From contig JAFGKV010000324.1 in assembly GCA_016928395.1 (NCBI GenBank), positions 1-55,702 on the forward strand: a stretch of 55,702 nt of DNA, in the 5' to 3' direction. This document shows positions 19,860-30,412 of the stretch, piece after piece (the first letter of the stretch is position 1; every line of letters starts with the position of its first letter). The notes below the pieces were generated by a model, which was given only the letters and a program-made list of their open reading frames with translations, ran no database searches and had not been told where the DNA came from. The position numbers and the translations under genes are program-made. This DNA comes from Candidatus Fermentibacterota bacterium (GTDB lineage: Bacteria > JAFGKV01).

Positions 19860-22800
19860 CTATCGCACTACCGTCACCTTGCCTTCATGGCGTTGTCTCT
19901 CGCCGGTTCGGGCGCTGGTTGCCTCGGCCCGGTAGAGGTAGACCCCGTTGGCAACGCGGTCACCATCGCGGTCGTCGCATTCCCAGACGATGGCGTCGTG
20001 TCGGGCGGGCGCAACACTGGTCGGTCCCAGGATCTGTACTAGCCGGCCCGTGACCGTGTAGATCCGGATCGTCGCGGTGGCTTCGTGGCTCGCGGAGACC
20101 AGGAAGCTCGTTCTCCCCGGTGCCGGCGAGGGTATGGGGAGCACCTGCTGGACGCGGAAGTCCCTGGTGAGGATCTCAATTCCGGTGCTGACGAGGTTAT
20201 TCGCCTCATCCCGCTCCGGTACCAGTTGCGCCGCATCGATCCACACATACAGGTCGACACGTCCCGCGGCCGTATCGGGAGTCGCCCAGTGCAGGGTCAT
20301 GGTCGCCGTGTCACCGGGCCCGAGGCCCTGTTCCGGCGTCACCGTATGCAGCAGTTTGGCGGTCTCGGCCTGCCCAGGCGAGGGATCGCCTCGATACAGC
20401 GCCACGCTATAGAGCGGCGCCGGCCGCTCCCCACTGTTGCGTACGCTTACTGTCACCGTGACCGTATCTCCCGCCAGGGGGAGAAGAGGTTGGGCCAGCA
20501 CATCCCCTTCGGCCTCCAGTTCTGCGGGCCACACGGCCACGACCTGCACAGTGTCTGACTCATTGCCTGGGACCCCGTCGGTCGGAAGACAGGCGGCCAC
20601 CATGCTCCAGCCGGAGGTGCCATGCGGCACGCCCCAGGTGAGAGTCGTCGTCGATGATTCGCCCGGCGCGGGAGGGGTGAGCACAACAGCCTTCGCCAGG
20701 GAGTCTCCGGGGACGCTCCGCAGCTCAACCCACGCGCTGTCTGGCGTGACCTCTCCGGCATTCCCCACCATGACCAAAGCGGATACCGTTTCACCCACGG
20801 TCACCGTGTCGGCAGCCAGTGTGATCTCCTGCAGCATTAGGTCGGGCGGATACTTGGCGCGCACCGTGACGGTGCAGGAGGCCTCATTGTTATCAAGCCG
20901 CTGTTCCTCCACGGGGGTGCTGACCGTGGCCCGGAATGTGAACAGGCCCGGGTGCACTACCAACGATGTGCTCTCACTCCGGGCTTCTCCTCCGGCCAAC
21001 GCCGGGATGACGAGGCTGTCCACCGGGCTCCATGAGCCATCTGTTCCGCGGTGCCACCACACGCGTACGGTGTGCGCCTCCGCCTCACCCACATTGGCGA
21101 TATTGCTAAGCAGTGTCAGTATCTCACCATCGACCAGAGCCGTGGCCGAGGGCGTCAGGGAGACGGCAAGGTCTGTTAGGGTCATGACATACACTGGGCG
21201 GCTCTCCACATTGTTGTCTTCGTTGGTCTCGCTAACCTCATCGAACGAGTCCACCACGACCTCCACCATGTGATCACCCGAGGATTCCCCCCGTTCCCAC
21301 GCCCACGAATGGGTAAGAGTCTCGGAGCTCCTCCCGGCGGCATCGAATCGCCATTCCCGGATCACGGCCCCGTCCAGGTGCAATAGGACGCTGAAGGAGT
21401 CTGCCGGGATCATGCCGCCATTGCGCACGATGAAGGTCACTGTGGCGCTGTCGCCTTCCACAGGATTCGGCGGAGCCAGCGAGAAGCTCGATACATACAG
21501 GTCAGGACCGCTGACCACCTCCAGGGTGACCCATTGCACATTGTCGATCTCGTTCAGTTCTGCCACCATGCCCCCGCGGTCAACCACGAGAAAGAATGAA
21601 TGCAATCCCACCTGGCCCAAGGTGTCCCAGGCAACGGTCATCGAGTCGATGCCGGCACCGGGCGTTGACTCACGACTCTCAACTGCGAGCGTGGTGGAGC
21701 CGGTGCTGTCGGGATGACCGTGGTAGATGGCGACTTCATAGGATGGAGTGGGAGATTCGCCGGCATTGTGCCACACCCCGGTGAGCGAGAGGGAGTCCCC
21801 TTCGGGAGGGCGGGCGTTGGAGGGAGTGATCCGATCCGCCACCAGTTCGGCGCGCGAGGCGATATGTACCGAGGCCAGAGCGGTATTGTTCGTCTCGTCC
21901 ACTTCCTGGATTTCATCCCGGGAATCCACCGTGACTCGCACCACATGATCGCCGGCATCGAGGTCGCCGATCGGCCAGACTGCGTGGACCGTGGTGAATC
22001 CTCCCCGGGCCAGGGTGTCAACAGGAAGGTCGGCCAACTCCTGCAGCACACCGCTGCTGAGGGCAGAATCCACGAAGGTGACACGAAATGGTCCCACTGG
22101 CGCCGTGCCGACATTGGTGATGCCCACAGTGAACGTAATGACGCTATCCAGCACTTCGGGAGCAAGGGGTGCATGGGTGAGCATGCTGTCGGCCGTGGCG
22201 AGGTCGGGAACCGGGTCGATGACTGCGTAGCCTGTCATGCCCCGATTGTTGCCGCGGTAGCCCTCCTGCTGGGCCGTGTCGGGATTGGCCCAAGAGTAGA
22301 TGATCCTGTCACCCGCGGCACCTGCGGTTACTGTAGTCCACGCTACGGTGGTGCTGTCGCGGGCACTCAGGGGAGGCACGATCAGGGTTGTGAGGACAAA
22401 GCCCCCACTGTCGGGATCGGCATCGAAAAGCCGCAGGGTCGTGGCCGGGCCGGCATCGATGCCGTCGTTGCGCACCGTAAGCCGAATCACGACGGTATCG
22501 CCGGACACGATGGGTTGCGGGTCGACGCTGATGAGCCCCATGGTCCAGTCCGGCCGTTCGGCCAAGGCCAGCGGGATCAGCGGGTCGCCCAGCCACGTGA
22601 AGAAGAGCGGTGAGGCCATTGGGTCGGCCCACCAGTTCTGCATCTCCGGCGCAAGCTTGGCGTAGGTGAGCGCTACGATGGGTGTTCGTTCCTGGTATCG
22701 GAAGATTGATTCGAACTGACGCTTGGCCATGTAGTAGTCGGGCGTCGTGTGCCCCCATCCGGTGGAACCCCAGAATCCCATGGCCCCATGGGGTTGCCAC

Positions 22801-25502
22801 AACCAGATCTCGCCGAAGCTGTCAATCTCCGGGTTGGCAAATCTCCCCGTGTGACACGTCAGGCTGTTCACCATGGGGAGCATCCGGGTATTCGTCAGGT
22901 CGTTCTCTACGTCGCTGGCCCAGAACATGGTTTCCCACGTCCAACTGGCACCGTGGCCGATGTAGGTCGCGTGGGCGACACCGACATCGTTGAAGATGTA
23001 CTGCAGTGATTCGTCTTCCGTTGTTTCGAACTCATTGTTGTAATGGACACTATCCGGTCGGGAGAACAGGATGGCGTTGTAGTGGGCGGGTTCGGGAAGC
23101 ACCCAGTCATCGATGAGGTTCTGACATTGACTCCGGAAGAAACTCCGGCTGTCATTACCATTATTGTCAAGATGACCACCGGCGATGAGGAACACATTCT
23201 CTCGCCACAAGCCCGGATCCCAGGTGCCCCCTGCATAGCCTAGGAGTTTGTCCACCACGATGCGCGCGGTGTCGGCATTCTCCACCGGGATCCGTGCCAG
23301 GTAGAGATCGGGTAATAGGTCGACGCTATCGGCATCGTCCACATTGGCGAAGTAGTCATCCATCACAGGGTTGCCCAAGGAGGGTACGAAGTTGCGATGA
23401 GCCGGATCGGAGGTGGGGCTGTTGAGCTTGTAGTCCCACGAGGCGTCGCCGAACAAGAGCACGAAGCAGGGCGGAGTGGGCCAGTTCACGTAGGCGTCCT
23501 CCAGGAAGTCCCGGATTCCCCTCGGATCGAATACCCCGAAACGATACTCATCATACACGTCTTGCACATCCACCAGCATGGCCGCGAGGGGGCTGCCGTT
23601 GAAGACCCTCCCCGGCGTGAGCCGGCCGGCCTCTTCCAGGAGGTCCGCATGGGAGATCACCACGAAATCGGCTCCCAGGGAGGCATGCAGGCCGGAAGGG
23701 GTATCCTCTACGATGCTCATCACGGGCTCCCGGCGATTCAGGGCCAGGGCCAGGTAGCGGGTAGAATCCAGGGTCGAGTCTCTGAATTTCACCGCCCATC
23801 CGCCCACGCCCAGGTCGGTTTCCTGGAATCCTTGCAGAATCTCGCCGTGGGTCAGGTCAACGAGCATCTGCCCGGCATCGCTGAAGCCGGTCACGGAATA
23901 CAGGTAGATCCCCGGGCCGCTCTGCTGCGGGCTCCAGAACGCCAACGAGTCGTTCCACGCCCCGTAGGAGCGCCAATAGTCGACCTCGAACCAGTCGGTG
24001 TAGGCGCCATCCATCCATCCGTATTGGGTATCTCCCGTGATCTCGACGGCAAAATGGTTCTCTATGCCCAACGCTCCATTGTTCGGCCACTGGTCGGGAT
24101 TGTAGAAGGTATCGGTGCGGGAGTCGTAGAACTTCTCATCGTTGGCGTACCACTGGAGGTGGGCCAACTGCACATTGTTGAGATAGACGACCGCGTGATG
24201 GTGGGGATTCTGCATAAGGTCCGGATGGGTGTAGCCCCTGAGGCTGGCCCGCAGATGCACCGGATCGGTGACATCGGCTAGCCCCCGCAACGTAAAGGAG
24301 TAGTAAACCCTCCCGTCTCCCGGCCGCAGCGGTGGCCCCCAGAACCACTCGGTGCCGTAGCGATCGCCACTTATGGCGCCCACGTTGGGCACGAAGGGGT
24401 TGAGATCCCGCTCCAGGTGAACCTGCTCGCGAAACTGCGAGGGGCGGATGCCGCTGCCGCCTGCCTCCACAATCCGTACCGGCATCCGCAGCCCTGTCGC
24501 TGTTCCCCAGGTCAGCCAGTACACATTGGCCTCGGTGTACTCGCCGCCCACGGGAAGAAGCCGGTTGCCCCAATCCTCGCGGTAGACCGGCGCACCCACG
24601 AACTCGACGCGGTCCTGGGGATCCAGCCTGCCGTCTGACTCCCCCACCACGTGAATCGGGATCTCATTACCCCCGACCAGCATCTGAATCGTGGCCGGGT
24701 TCACTGACGCGATGGGCATACCCGCGGCCTGAAGCTGTGCGCCGGTTACTGAGTAGTAGGCTTCATGGTCCACCGTGAGCTTCAAAGCCGGCGAGGGCGG
24801 ATCCCACTGCCGGATATCGCGGAGGAGCATGGCCGGAGGCCCCTGCCGCCACTCACGCGCCGCTTCCCAGTTCACCACCAGATGGGAGAGCACAGGCTCC
24901 ATGAAGTCGTGCGGCAGGGCTTGCCTGGCAGGGGTGCGTGCGCCACCCTTGGCCGTCTTCACCACGACCGTCATGGACCGGTCAAGGCAGAGCAGTTTCT
25001 GAGAAGGGTAGTACTGGAAGGGACTTACCTCGATGTAAGCGATATCCAGCGACCGAACACGCCCGGTGCGTAGGATTCGGGCCCGGGTGGTCGGGTACGG
25101 CTCGCCCACCGCGGCAGGATCAGCGGGGATGTTCAGCGGTTCCATACCCCTGCCCTGGGACCGGGGCAGCACCACGGTGCGCGGCGCAGGCGGAATGTTG
25201 ATATCGCGATAGCTGACGCGGTCGGATGCGACAACCTCTACCTCGGGCCGGGTACCGGGCGGAATGGCCACGGCGAAATGGTACACGGGCAGGTCAGGCT
25301 CGCCCGCCATGCCCCGGGGTACCGCACCCTCAAGCCGCGCGGCTCGGTAGCTGGTGCCACGGATCACGGTCGACTCCCAGGACGGGTCAGGTGCCTGGAT
25401 CCGTAGTTCGGTTCCTGCGATCGTGCTGTAGACCAGCGAGAGGTGATCGATGGGCTCTGCCGTGCCGGCCAGCAGCCCGAGCAAACATACTCCAATGATC
25501 AT
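19860..25502 (-). CDS. Secreted C25 (gingipain/PorU-like) cysteine peptidase with propeptide, multiple CARDB repeats and a T9SS-type C-terminal domain
   Basis: Signal peptide; GEPDLP propeptide; VLLFGDASWD, DLYLARIP, YIGHG (His) and SLTCHTG (Cys); repeated E.DETNN CARDB motifs; IYTVTGRLV...WECDDRDGDRVANGVYLY tail. Confidence 0.88.
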   Translation of the reverse strand: MIIGVCLLGLLAGTAEPIDHLSLVYSTIAGTELRIQAPDPSWESTVIRGTSYRAARLEGAVPRGMAGEPDLPVYHFAVAIPPGTRPEVEVVASDRVSYRDINIPPAPRTVVLPRSQGRGMEPLNIPADPAAVGEPYPTTRARILRTGRVRSLDIAYIEVSPFQYYPSQKLLCLDRSMTVVVKTAKGGARTPARQALPHDFMEPVLSHLVVNWEAAREWRQGPPAMLLRDIRQWDPPSPALKLTVDHEAYYSVTGAQLQAAGMPIASVNPATIQMLVGGNEIPIHVVGESDGRLDPQDRVEFVGAPVYREDWGNRLLPVGGEYTEANVYWLTWGTATGLRMPVRIVEAGGSGIRPSQFREQVHLERDLNPFVPNVGAISGDRYGTEWFWGPPLRPGDGRVYYSFTLRGLADVTDPVHLRASLRGYTHPDLMQNPHHHAVVYLNNVQLAHLQWYANDEKFYDSRTDTFYNPDQWPNNGALGIENHFAVEITGDTQYGWMDGAYTDWFEVDYWRSYGAWNDSLAFWSPQQSGPGIYLYSVTGFSDAGQMLVDLTHGEILQGFQETDLGVGGWAVKFRDSTLDSTRYLALALNRREPVMSIVEDTPSGLHASLGADFVVISHADLLEEAGRLTPGRVFNGSPLAAMLVDVQDVYDEYRFGVFDPRGIRDFLEDAYVNWPTPPCFVLLFGDASWDYKLNSPTSDPAHRNFVPSLGNPVMDDYFANVDDADSVDLLPDLYLARIPVENADTARIVVDKLLGYAGGTWDPGLWRENVFLIAGGHLDNNGNDSRSFFRSQCQNLIDDWVLPEPAHYNAILFSRPDSVHYNNEFETTEDESLQYIFNDVGVAHATYIGHGASWTWETMFWASDVENDLTNTRMLPMVNSLTCHTGRFANPEIDSFGEIWLWQPHGAMGFWGSTGWGHTTPDYYMAKRQFESIFRYQERTPIVALTYAKLAPEMQNWWADPMASPLFFTWLGDPLIPLALAERPDWTMGLISVDPQPIVSGDTVVIRLTVRNDGIDAGPATTLRLFDADPDSGGFVLTTLIVPPLSARDSTTVAWTTVTAGAAGDRIIYSWANPDTAQQEGYRGNNRGMTGYAVIDPVPDLATADSMLTHAPLAPEVLDSVITFTVGITNVGTAPVGPFRVTFVDSALSSGVLQELADLPVDTLARGGFTTVHAVWPIGDLDAGDHVVRVTVDSRDEIQEVDETNNTALASVHIASRAELVADRITPSNARPPEGDSLSLTGVWHNAGESPTPSYEVAIYHGHPDSTGSTTLAVESRESTPGAGIDSMTVAWDTLGQVGLHSFFLVVDRGGMVAELNEIDNVQWVTLEVVSGPDLYVSSFSLAPPNPVEGDSATVTFIVRNGGMIPADSFSVLLHLDGAVIREWRFDAAGRSSETLTHSWAWERGESSGDHMVEVVVDSFDEVSETNEDNNVESRPVYVMTLTDLAVSLTPSATALVDGEILTLLSNIANVGEAEAHTVRVWWHRGTDGSWSPVDSLVIPALAGGEARSESTSLVVHPGLFTFRATVSTPVEEQRLDNNEASCTVTVRAKYPPDLMLQEITLAADTVTVGETVSALVMVGNAGEVTPDSAWVELRSVPGDSLAKAVVLTPPAPGESSTTTLTWGVPHGTSGWSMVAACLPTDGVPGNESDTVQVVAVWPAELEAEGDVLAQPLLPLAGDTVTVTVSVRNSGERPAPLYSVALYRGDPSPGQAETAKLLHTVTPEQGLGPGDTATMTLHWATPDTAAGRVDLYVWIDAAQLVPERDEANNLVSTGIEILTRDFRVQQVLPIPSPAPGRTSFLVSASHEATATIRIYTVTGRLVQILGPTSVAPARHDAIVWECDDRDGDRVANGVYLYRAEATSARTGERQRHEGKVTVVR

Positions 25503-25521
25503 ATGTGCTACCCCGCGGGGG

Positions 25522-26604
25522 TTAGAGGAGCCACCGTACGCCCGTCCAATACAAGCGGATCAACGCTTCTCCTCCCCGGCGAAGGGTGGCGAAAACCCCG
25601 GCGGTGGCAAGGCCGGGTACCGGGGAGAGGGGGCACGCGACGAGGAGCGCGGAATCCGGGGCGGTCCGGGAGACTTGGACACGCTTCCGCTCTTGCAGTA
25701 CCCACCGCCGGTGTCGCCAGTTCCAGCCCACAGCCTGAGCCACCTGACGGACCCGGCCGGCCTGGGCCATTGCCATGATCCACGCGAGTTCAAACAGCAC
25801 CAGCGGCGGTGCCAATGCCAACAGGGTTCGAACTCGGTAGAGCCGAAGAAGCACCAGCCATCGGTTGCGCGTGACCAAGAATGCCCGGAGCCGGGGATAG
25901 GGTTGCGGCGCGCGGACGGCAAGCCCTGGAGTACCGGCGAAGTGCCACACCACCGAGCGCGGAGTGAACCGGATCGACCAGCCGAGCATCCGCAGCCTCA
26001 GGCTCATGTCCAGCTCATCTTCGTAGATGAAGAACCTCTCCTCCAGAAGCCCGACCTCATCCAAAGCGGCTTTGCGAAACAGCACCGATGAGCCGACATA
26101 GACGCCGGTGCATCCTGCCTGCAGTTTGGCCTGGACCTCCGGCAAGGGTTGGAGGTAATGGAGGTTGGCGATATGCCCCAGGACATGCGCTTGCGAGCCG
26201 GCATAGTGTACCCGGGGGGGATCACCGGGCAAGAGCACCAACGAGGAGCAGGCCGCGGTACTAGGACGGTTGTGCAGCTCCTGGAACAGGTTTTCCAGCC
26301 AGCCCGGCTCCACCCGAGTATCGTTGTTGAGCAGGGCCACAAAGGGCTGAGACGAGGCACGAATGCCCAGGTTATTCCCACCGCAGTAGCCGAGGTTCTC
26401 GTTCGCCTGGATCAGCCGGACCCACGGATGATGCTCCCGCACCCACGCAGCGCTCCCATCGGTGGACGCGTTATCCACGAGGATGACCTCGCCTGCAGGG
26501 GCACCCATCTCTTTGAGGCTGCCGAGGCATGCATCGAGAAACCCGACACCATTGTAGTTCACGACTACAACGCTTATCGGTAGGGCGTCACGGGATGAAC
26601 CCAA
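25522..26604 (-). CDS. Family 2 glycosyltransferase
   Basis: SVVVVNYN, VDNASTDGS, NLGYCGGNN.G, LLNND and FFIYEDELD. Confidence 0.92.
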   Translation of the reverse strand: MGSSRDALPISVVVVNYNGVGFLDACLGSLKEMGAPAGEVILVDNASTDGSAAWVREHHPWVRLIQANENLGYCGGNNLGIRASSQPFVALLNNDTRVEPGWLENLFQELHNRPSTAACSSLVLLPGDPPRVHYAGSQAHVLGHIANLHYLQPLPEVQAKLQAGCTGVYVGSSVLFRKAALDEVGLLEERFFIYEDELDMSLRLRMLGWSIRFTPRSVVWHFAGTPGLAVRAPQPYPRLRAFLVTRNRWLVLLRLYRVRTLLALAPPLVLFELAWIMAMAQAGRVRQVAQAVGWNWRHRRWVLQERKRVQVSRTAPDSALLVACPLSPVPGLATAGVFATLRRGGEALIRLYWTGVRWLL

Positions 26605-26783
26605 CGGGTCCTACTCTGAGTAAATGCACGGAAGGATGGAGGAACTCAGGGATAGAGCGAGTGGTCGACGGTCGTTGAGACACAATCCGGGCGGGAACCA
26701 GCCCTCATTGGTCCAGAGGGGGAGGCGGAGGCCTGCGCCGGACCAGCGCGCCAAAGCTCGATCTTTGATGGTCTGAGGCGTTC

Positions 26784-27875
26784 TCAGCTCCACACCCCCG
26801 GGATTGCCCGGCCGCACGAGGGGCAGGCGCCTTCCTTCAGGGTGTTGGACAGGACTGTGAAGCCGACGCGGCGGATGAGCGTAGTCCCGCAGCCGGGGCA
26901 CAGAGTGTTCTCGTATCCCAGGCCGGGCACATTGCCTAAGTAGACGAAATTGAGGCCGGCATTCTTGGCGATACGGTAGCAGCGTTCCAGAGTGGACACA
27001 GGGGTCCGCGGGAGATTCCTGATGCGGTAAGTCGGATGGAACTGTGAGAAATGCACGGGAACATCGGGACCCAACTCGTCGACGATCCATTCCGACAATG
27101 CCAGGATCTCTCCTTCGCCGTCATTCTGTGTCGGCAGGATCAGATCCACGATCTCCAGCCATGTCCCCTGCTCCTTGATCCACCGAAGCGAATCCAGGAC
27201 CGGCTGAAGCTTCCCGGCGCAGAGCTTCTGATAGAAGGTGTCGGTGAAGGCCTTGAGGTCGACCTTGACGGCATCCAGCCGGGGAAGCAGCTCCAGAAGA
27301 GGCTCCTTGAGGATATAGCCATTGGAGATCATGACCGAGCGCACGCCCAGTCTGTGACCCTCGATGGCCGAATCGAGCATGTACTCATAGAAGATGACAG
27401 GCTCGGAATACGTGTAGGCGATGCTGGCGCAGGATCGTCCACGGGCCGCCGCCGCGACGTCGGTGGGGAACAGGTCCGTGCTTCGAATCTGTTCGGGCCG
27501 GAATTGGGAGATGTCCCAGTTCTGACAGAACTTACACTCCATGTTGCATCCCGCGGTGGCGATGGAGAAGGCGGTCGTGCCGGGGAGAAAGTGAAAAAGC
27601 GGTTTCTTCTCGATGGGATCGACATTCGCCGCCACTGCCCGACCGTACACCAAGGTGACATAGCGGCCACCCACGTTCTCTCTCACTCCGCAATAGCCGC
27701 GCTCGCGATCCGCAACCTCGCAGCCCCGGGGGCACAGCGTACAGGCCACCCGTTGTTGTTCAATGGGATTCCAGTACTTCGCCTCCCGCACGAAACGGCC
27801 GTGTTCATCGTCACCGGCGAAGGCGGGTGCGGCCGCAAGACCGGCAAGGCCGCTCAAAAAGCAGCGACGGTTCAC
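26784..27875 (-). CDS. amrS: AmmeMemoRadiSam system radical SAM enzyme with twin-arginine-like leader
   Basis: CTLCPRGC, CGVREN, DPIEKKPLFHF.PG, CNMECKFCQNW (CxxxCxxC), YTYSEP, VYLGNVPG, CPGCG and CPSCG. Confidence 0.93.
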   Translation of the reverse strand: MNRRCFLSGLAGLAAAPAFAGDDEHGRFVREAKYWNPIEQQRVACTLCPRGCEVADRERGYCGVRENVGGRYVTLVYGRAVAANVDPIEKKPLFHFLPGTTAFSIATAGCNMECKFCQNWDISQFRPEQIRSTDLFPTDVAAAARGRSCASIAYTYSEPVIFYEYMLDSAIEGHRLGVRSVMISNGYILKEPLLELLPRLDAVKVDLKAFTDTFYQKLCAGKLQPVLDSLRWIKEQGTWLEIVDLILPTQNDGEGEILALSEWIVDELGPDVPVHFSQFHPTYRIRNLPRTPVSTLERCYRIAKNAGLNFVYLGNVPGLGYENTLCPGCGTTLIRRVGFTVLSNTLKEGACPSCGRAIPGVWS

Positions 27876-28840
27876 ACAATCACCTCGCGCACGGTGATCG
27901 CGTCCCGACGGTGTTCACCTAAGCCCATGAGGCCGGCGGTCTCAATCCACCGGGGAGGTCGCCGGTCTGCCTCCAGGGTCGGTAGCTCCCGGATTGCACG
28001 TTGGTCTTCGATGAGGTCGGCGGCGATTCGATCGGCCGCCACAGGATCGAACGAGACCAGAATCCCATCGAATGGCCATGCCCAGGCCGGCTTGTAGGAG
28101 GGCCCGCCGTGGCATTGGGCAGTGGCGCAGTCGAGAACAGAGAGGACTAAGCGCTCCCGGATCGGTGGGAGCGAGGCCACGTGGGCCACATAGGGATTGC
28201 AGTTGTAGTCATGGTATTTGTTCGGGTTGTGGATGGTGCCGTACAGGTTTTTCAGCACACACGAGATACCTGCGAGATCGTGATCCTTGAGCATGCCGAC
28301 GCTCACCAACCCGTCGCTGTTCAGCAAGGCATTGGAGAGGAGGCTGCCCACGTCGCCAGACTCGTAGATGGTTCGGCCATAGCCTACCGCATCGGTGCCG
28401 ATGATGGTGAACGAGCCTCGAGCAGTGAACCCCGCCCGGGTAAGCTCCCTCATGGTGCGCTCCCATACCGTGACTTCGCGCACGCCGACATCCCGAAGCA
28501 TGCCGGACAGCGCCTGGGCCAGCTCAGGGCTCGGAGACAGAGGCCGGCCAGCCAGGCAGTTGGCCTTGAGGCCGATCGTGTTTCTCCCGGACACGCGTTG
28601 GGCAAGGGATGTCTTGCCCAGCGTGGAGAATGCCTCCTCCAGCAAGGTCCGATACGCCCCAGTCCTGCCGTCTCCTTTCAGCTGCGAGAGGCCAACGCGG
28701 CGCACAATCACCACCGTGGAATCGGTATCAGGGCTCAGTGCCCCGGATGGCCTCCCCCCTGTTCCTCCGTCGCACGGTACATGAAACGCTCCGACCAAGG
28801 CCGCGGACGAGAGCGAGTGGACGAAGGAGCGGCGATTCAT
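27872..28840 (-). CDS. DUF362-domain protein with twin-arginine-like leader
   Basis: GLKANC, LKDHDLAGISCVLKNLYG and DPVAAD motifs; MNRRSFV N-terminus. Confidence 0.82.
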   Translation of the reverse strand: MNRRSFVHSLSSAALVGAFHVPCDGGTGGRPSGALSPDTDSTVVIVRRVGLSQLKGDGRTGAYRTLLEEAFSTLGKTSLAQRVSGRNTIGLKANCLAGRPLSPSPELAQALSGMLRDVGVREVTVWERTMRELTRAGFTARGSFTIIGTDAVGYGRTIYESGDVGSLLSNALLNSDGLVSVGMLKDHDLAGISCVLKNLYGTIHNPNKYHDYNCNPYVAHVASLPPIRERLVLSVLDCATAQCHGGPSYKPAWAWPFDGILVSFDPVAADRIAADLIEDQRAIRELPTLEADRRPPRWIETAGLMGLGEHRRDAITVREVIV

Positions 28841-28906
28841 GGCGACTCTGCTCCTCGGCGCCGCAGGTCGAGGTTTCCCGGTCGCACCCTCTCCCCTCCT
28901 CGTTCC

Positions 28907-30412
28907 CTACCGCTTTTCCGCTTCAGTGAGGAGTTCATCGCCGAAGACGATAGACTCGAACTTCTCCAATGTCGCCCGCTTCCAGGCATCACGGTCAAGA
29001 CCCGCCTTGCGACCCAGTTGCTGCAGATAGGTGGGAAGGTCCCATTCCTGTTCCACCGGCACCTCGGGGAGGAACACCCCGCGACGCCCCTGTGCAGAGA
29101 GGACAAGGCCATGCCGCCCGACCTCGATCTCACCGATGTCGTGTACCGGTTCCAGTGGTGTCAGCACGCTGACCTTGAAGGATAACTCGGAGTACTCAGC
29201 CTTGTTCACGGGGTCAAACCGTGGATCCCGGAAAGCGGCAGAGAGCGCATTGTCGGCCACGGCTTCAGCGAGAGGCTTCAGACCCTCTATGTAACCGATA
29301 CACCCCCTCAGGTCGCCCCGGGCCATGAGGGTGACGAACACACCGGCGGGCTGCCGCACCGCCGGGCTCATCCGGCGTTTCCACTCCTCAAGATCCGGTC
29401 CCTTCTCTCCCCTGGCGTGGCGTTTTACTACCTCACGGGCCAGCAGCACTAGAGCGCGCTTGTCATCTTCGGGAAGAAGGAATCCTCCCCGGGGCTCGGC
29501 CGAATCCGCCGATGATGATCGGGAGAAGCCAATGGTCAGGTAGCTGACCGAACTCTCGGTATCCGGCATGACATCCAACGATGTGCTGTAGTTGATGAGT
29601 TCACCATGAACCTCCGGCCCCAGCATCTCCAAGAGCACCGAGATGGAGCCCCGGCCGCAGATGGTGTCGTGGGTACGCTGAACATACGCGTCGAACCCGG
29701 TGACGTCGCGGCGGCGAATGAGATCGGCTGCTTCGTGATTCATGGCGGCAAGCTTCTGTTGTAGATCGGCCACCGATGATGCAGCAAAGGGCGTATACTG
29801 GAATCGATCGCCGTAGTGGGTGAAATCACTGCTGACCACGATAAGGGTTTCATCGTCGACGTGGCGAGCCAGTGTCGTCGCCAAGGCCCGGCGCTCATCA
29901 GGCGTGAGGTCGCCCACCAGCACCGGTACCAAAGAGAACTCACCCAGTACGACTTGAAGGAAGGGGAGGTGAATCTCTATGGCATGTTCCCGGGCTTCGG
30001 CCTCGCGGTGTTCAGACACCAGGGGATCCTGGAGCAGGGCATCGCAGGTCGCTCGATCCACCGAGACCGTTCCCAAAGGCGTTTCGTATGCGTCGAACGG
30101 ACCGATTGCTGCGCCCCGGATCCATGCCTGATGGCTGGGCGACAGTATCATGACTTTCTGGAACCGGTCTTTGGGCACCCTGCCGTATCCATACGCAGCG
30201 GTACGGGCGGAGTACTGATATCCCGCATGGGGAATGATAAGAGCAACAAGGGAAAGATCCGGCTTTTGCGCTGCCTGGCGAAGGCATGATTCTACGTTCC
30301 GGCGAAGCTCATCCGCCCGGCCCGGGTACCATGACCCCGCCAAGACCGACGGGCGAACCTCTGCGGATCCACTCTGAATGCTTAGAAGAAGCAGCATGAT
30401 GGCGACCCTCAT
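28907..30412 (-). CDS. amrB: Fused AmmeMemoRadiSam proteins B (MEMO1-like) and A (AMMECR1-like)
   Basis: VRPSVLAGSWYP, PHAGY, EHAIE, SSDFTHY and TICG (Memo); GVFVTL, LRGCIG, DPRF and GVFLPEV (AMMECR1); ATG at 30412. Confidence 0.93.
   Translation of the reverse strand: MRVAIMLLLLSIQSGSAEVRPSVLAGSWYPGRADELRRNVESCLRQAAQKPDLSLVALIIPHAGYQYSARTAAYGYGRVPKDRFQKVMILSPSHQAWIRGAAIGPFDAYETPLGTVSVDRATCDALLQDPLVSEHREAEAREHAIEIHLPFLQVVLGEFSLVPVLVGDLTPDERRALATTLARHVDDETLIVVSSDFTHYGDRFQYTPFAASSVADLQQKLAAMNHEAADLIRRRDVTGFDAYVQRTHDTICGRGSISVLLEMLGPEVHGELINYSTSLDVMPDTESSVSYLTIGFSRSSSADSAEPRGGFLLPEDDKRALVLLAREVVKRHARGEKGPDLEEWKRRMSPAVRQPAGVFVTLMARGDLRGCIGYIEGLKPLAEAVADNALSAAFRDPRFDPVNKAEYSELSFKVSVLTPLEPVHDIGEIEVGRHGLVLSAQGRRGVFLPEVPVEQEWDLPTYLQQLGRKAGLDRDAWKRATLEKFESIVFGDELLTEAEKR

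Noticed and set aside
26625-26777. 50-codon plus-strand ORF between the GT2 and amrS genes
   Set aside because: No convincing SD or motif; likely spurious
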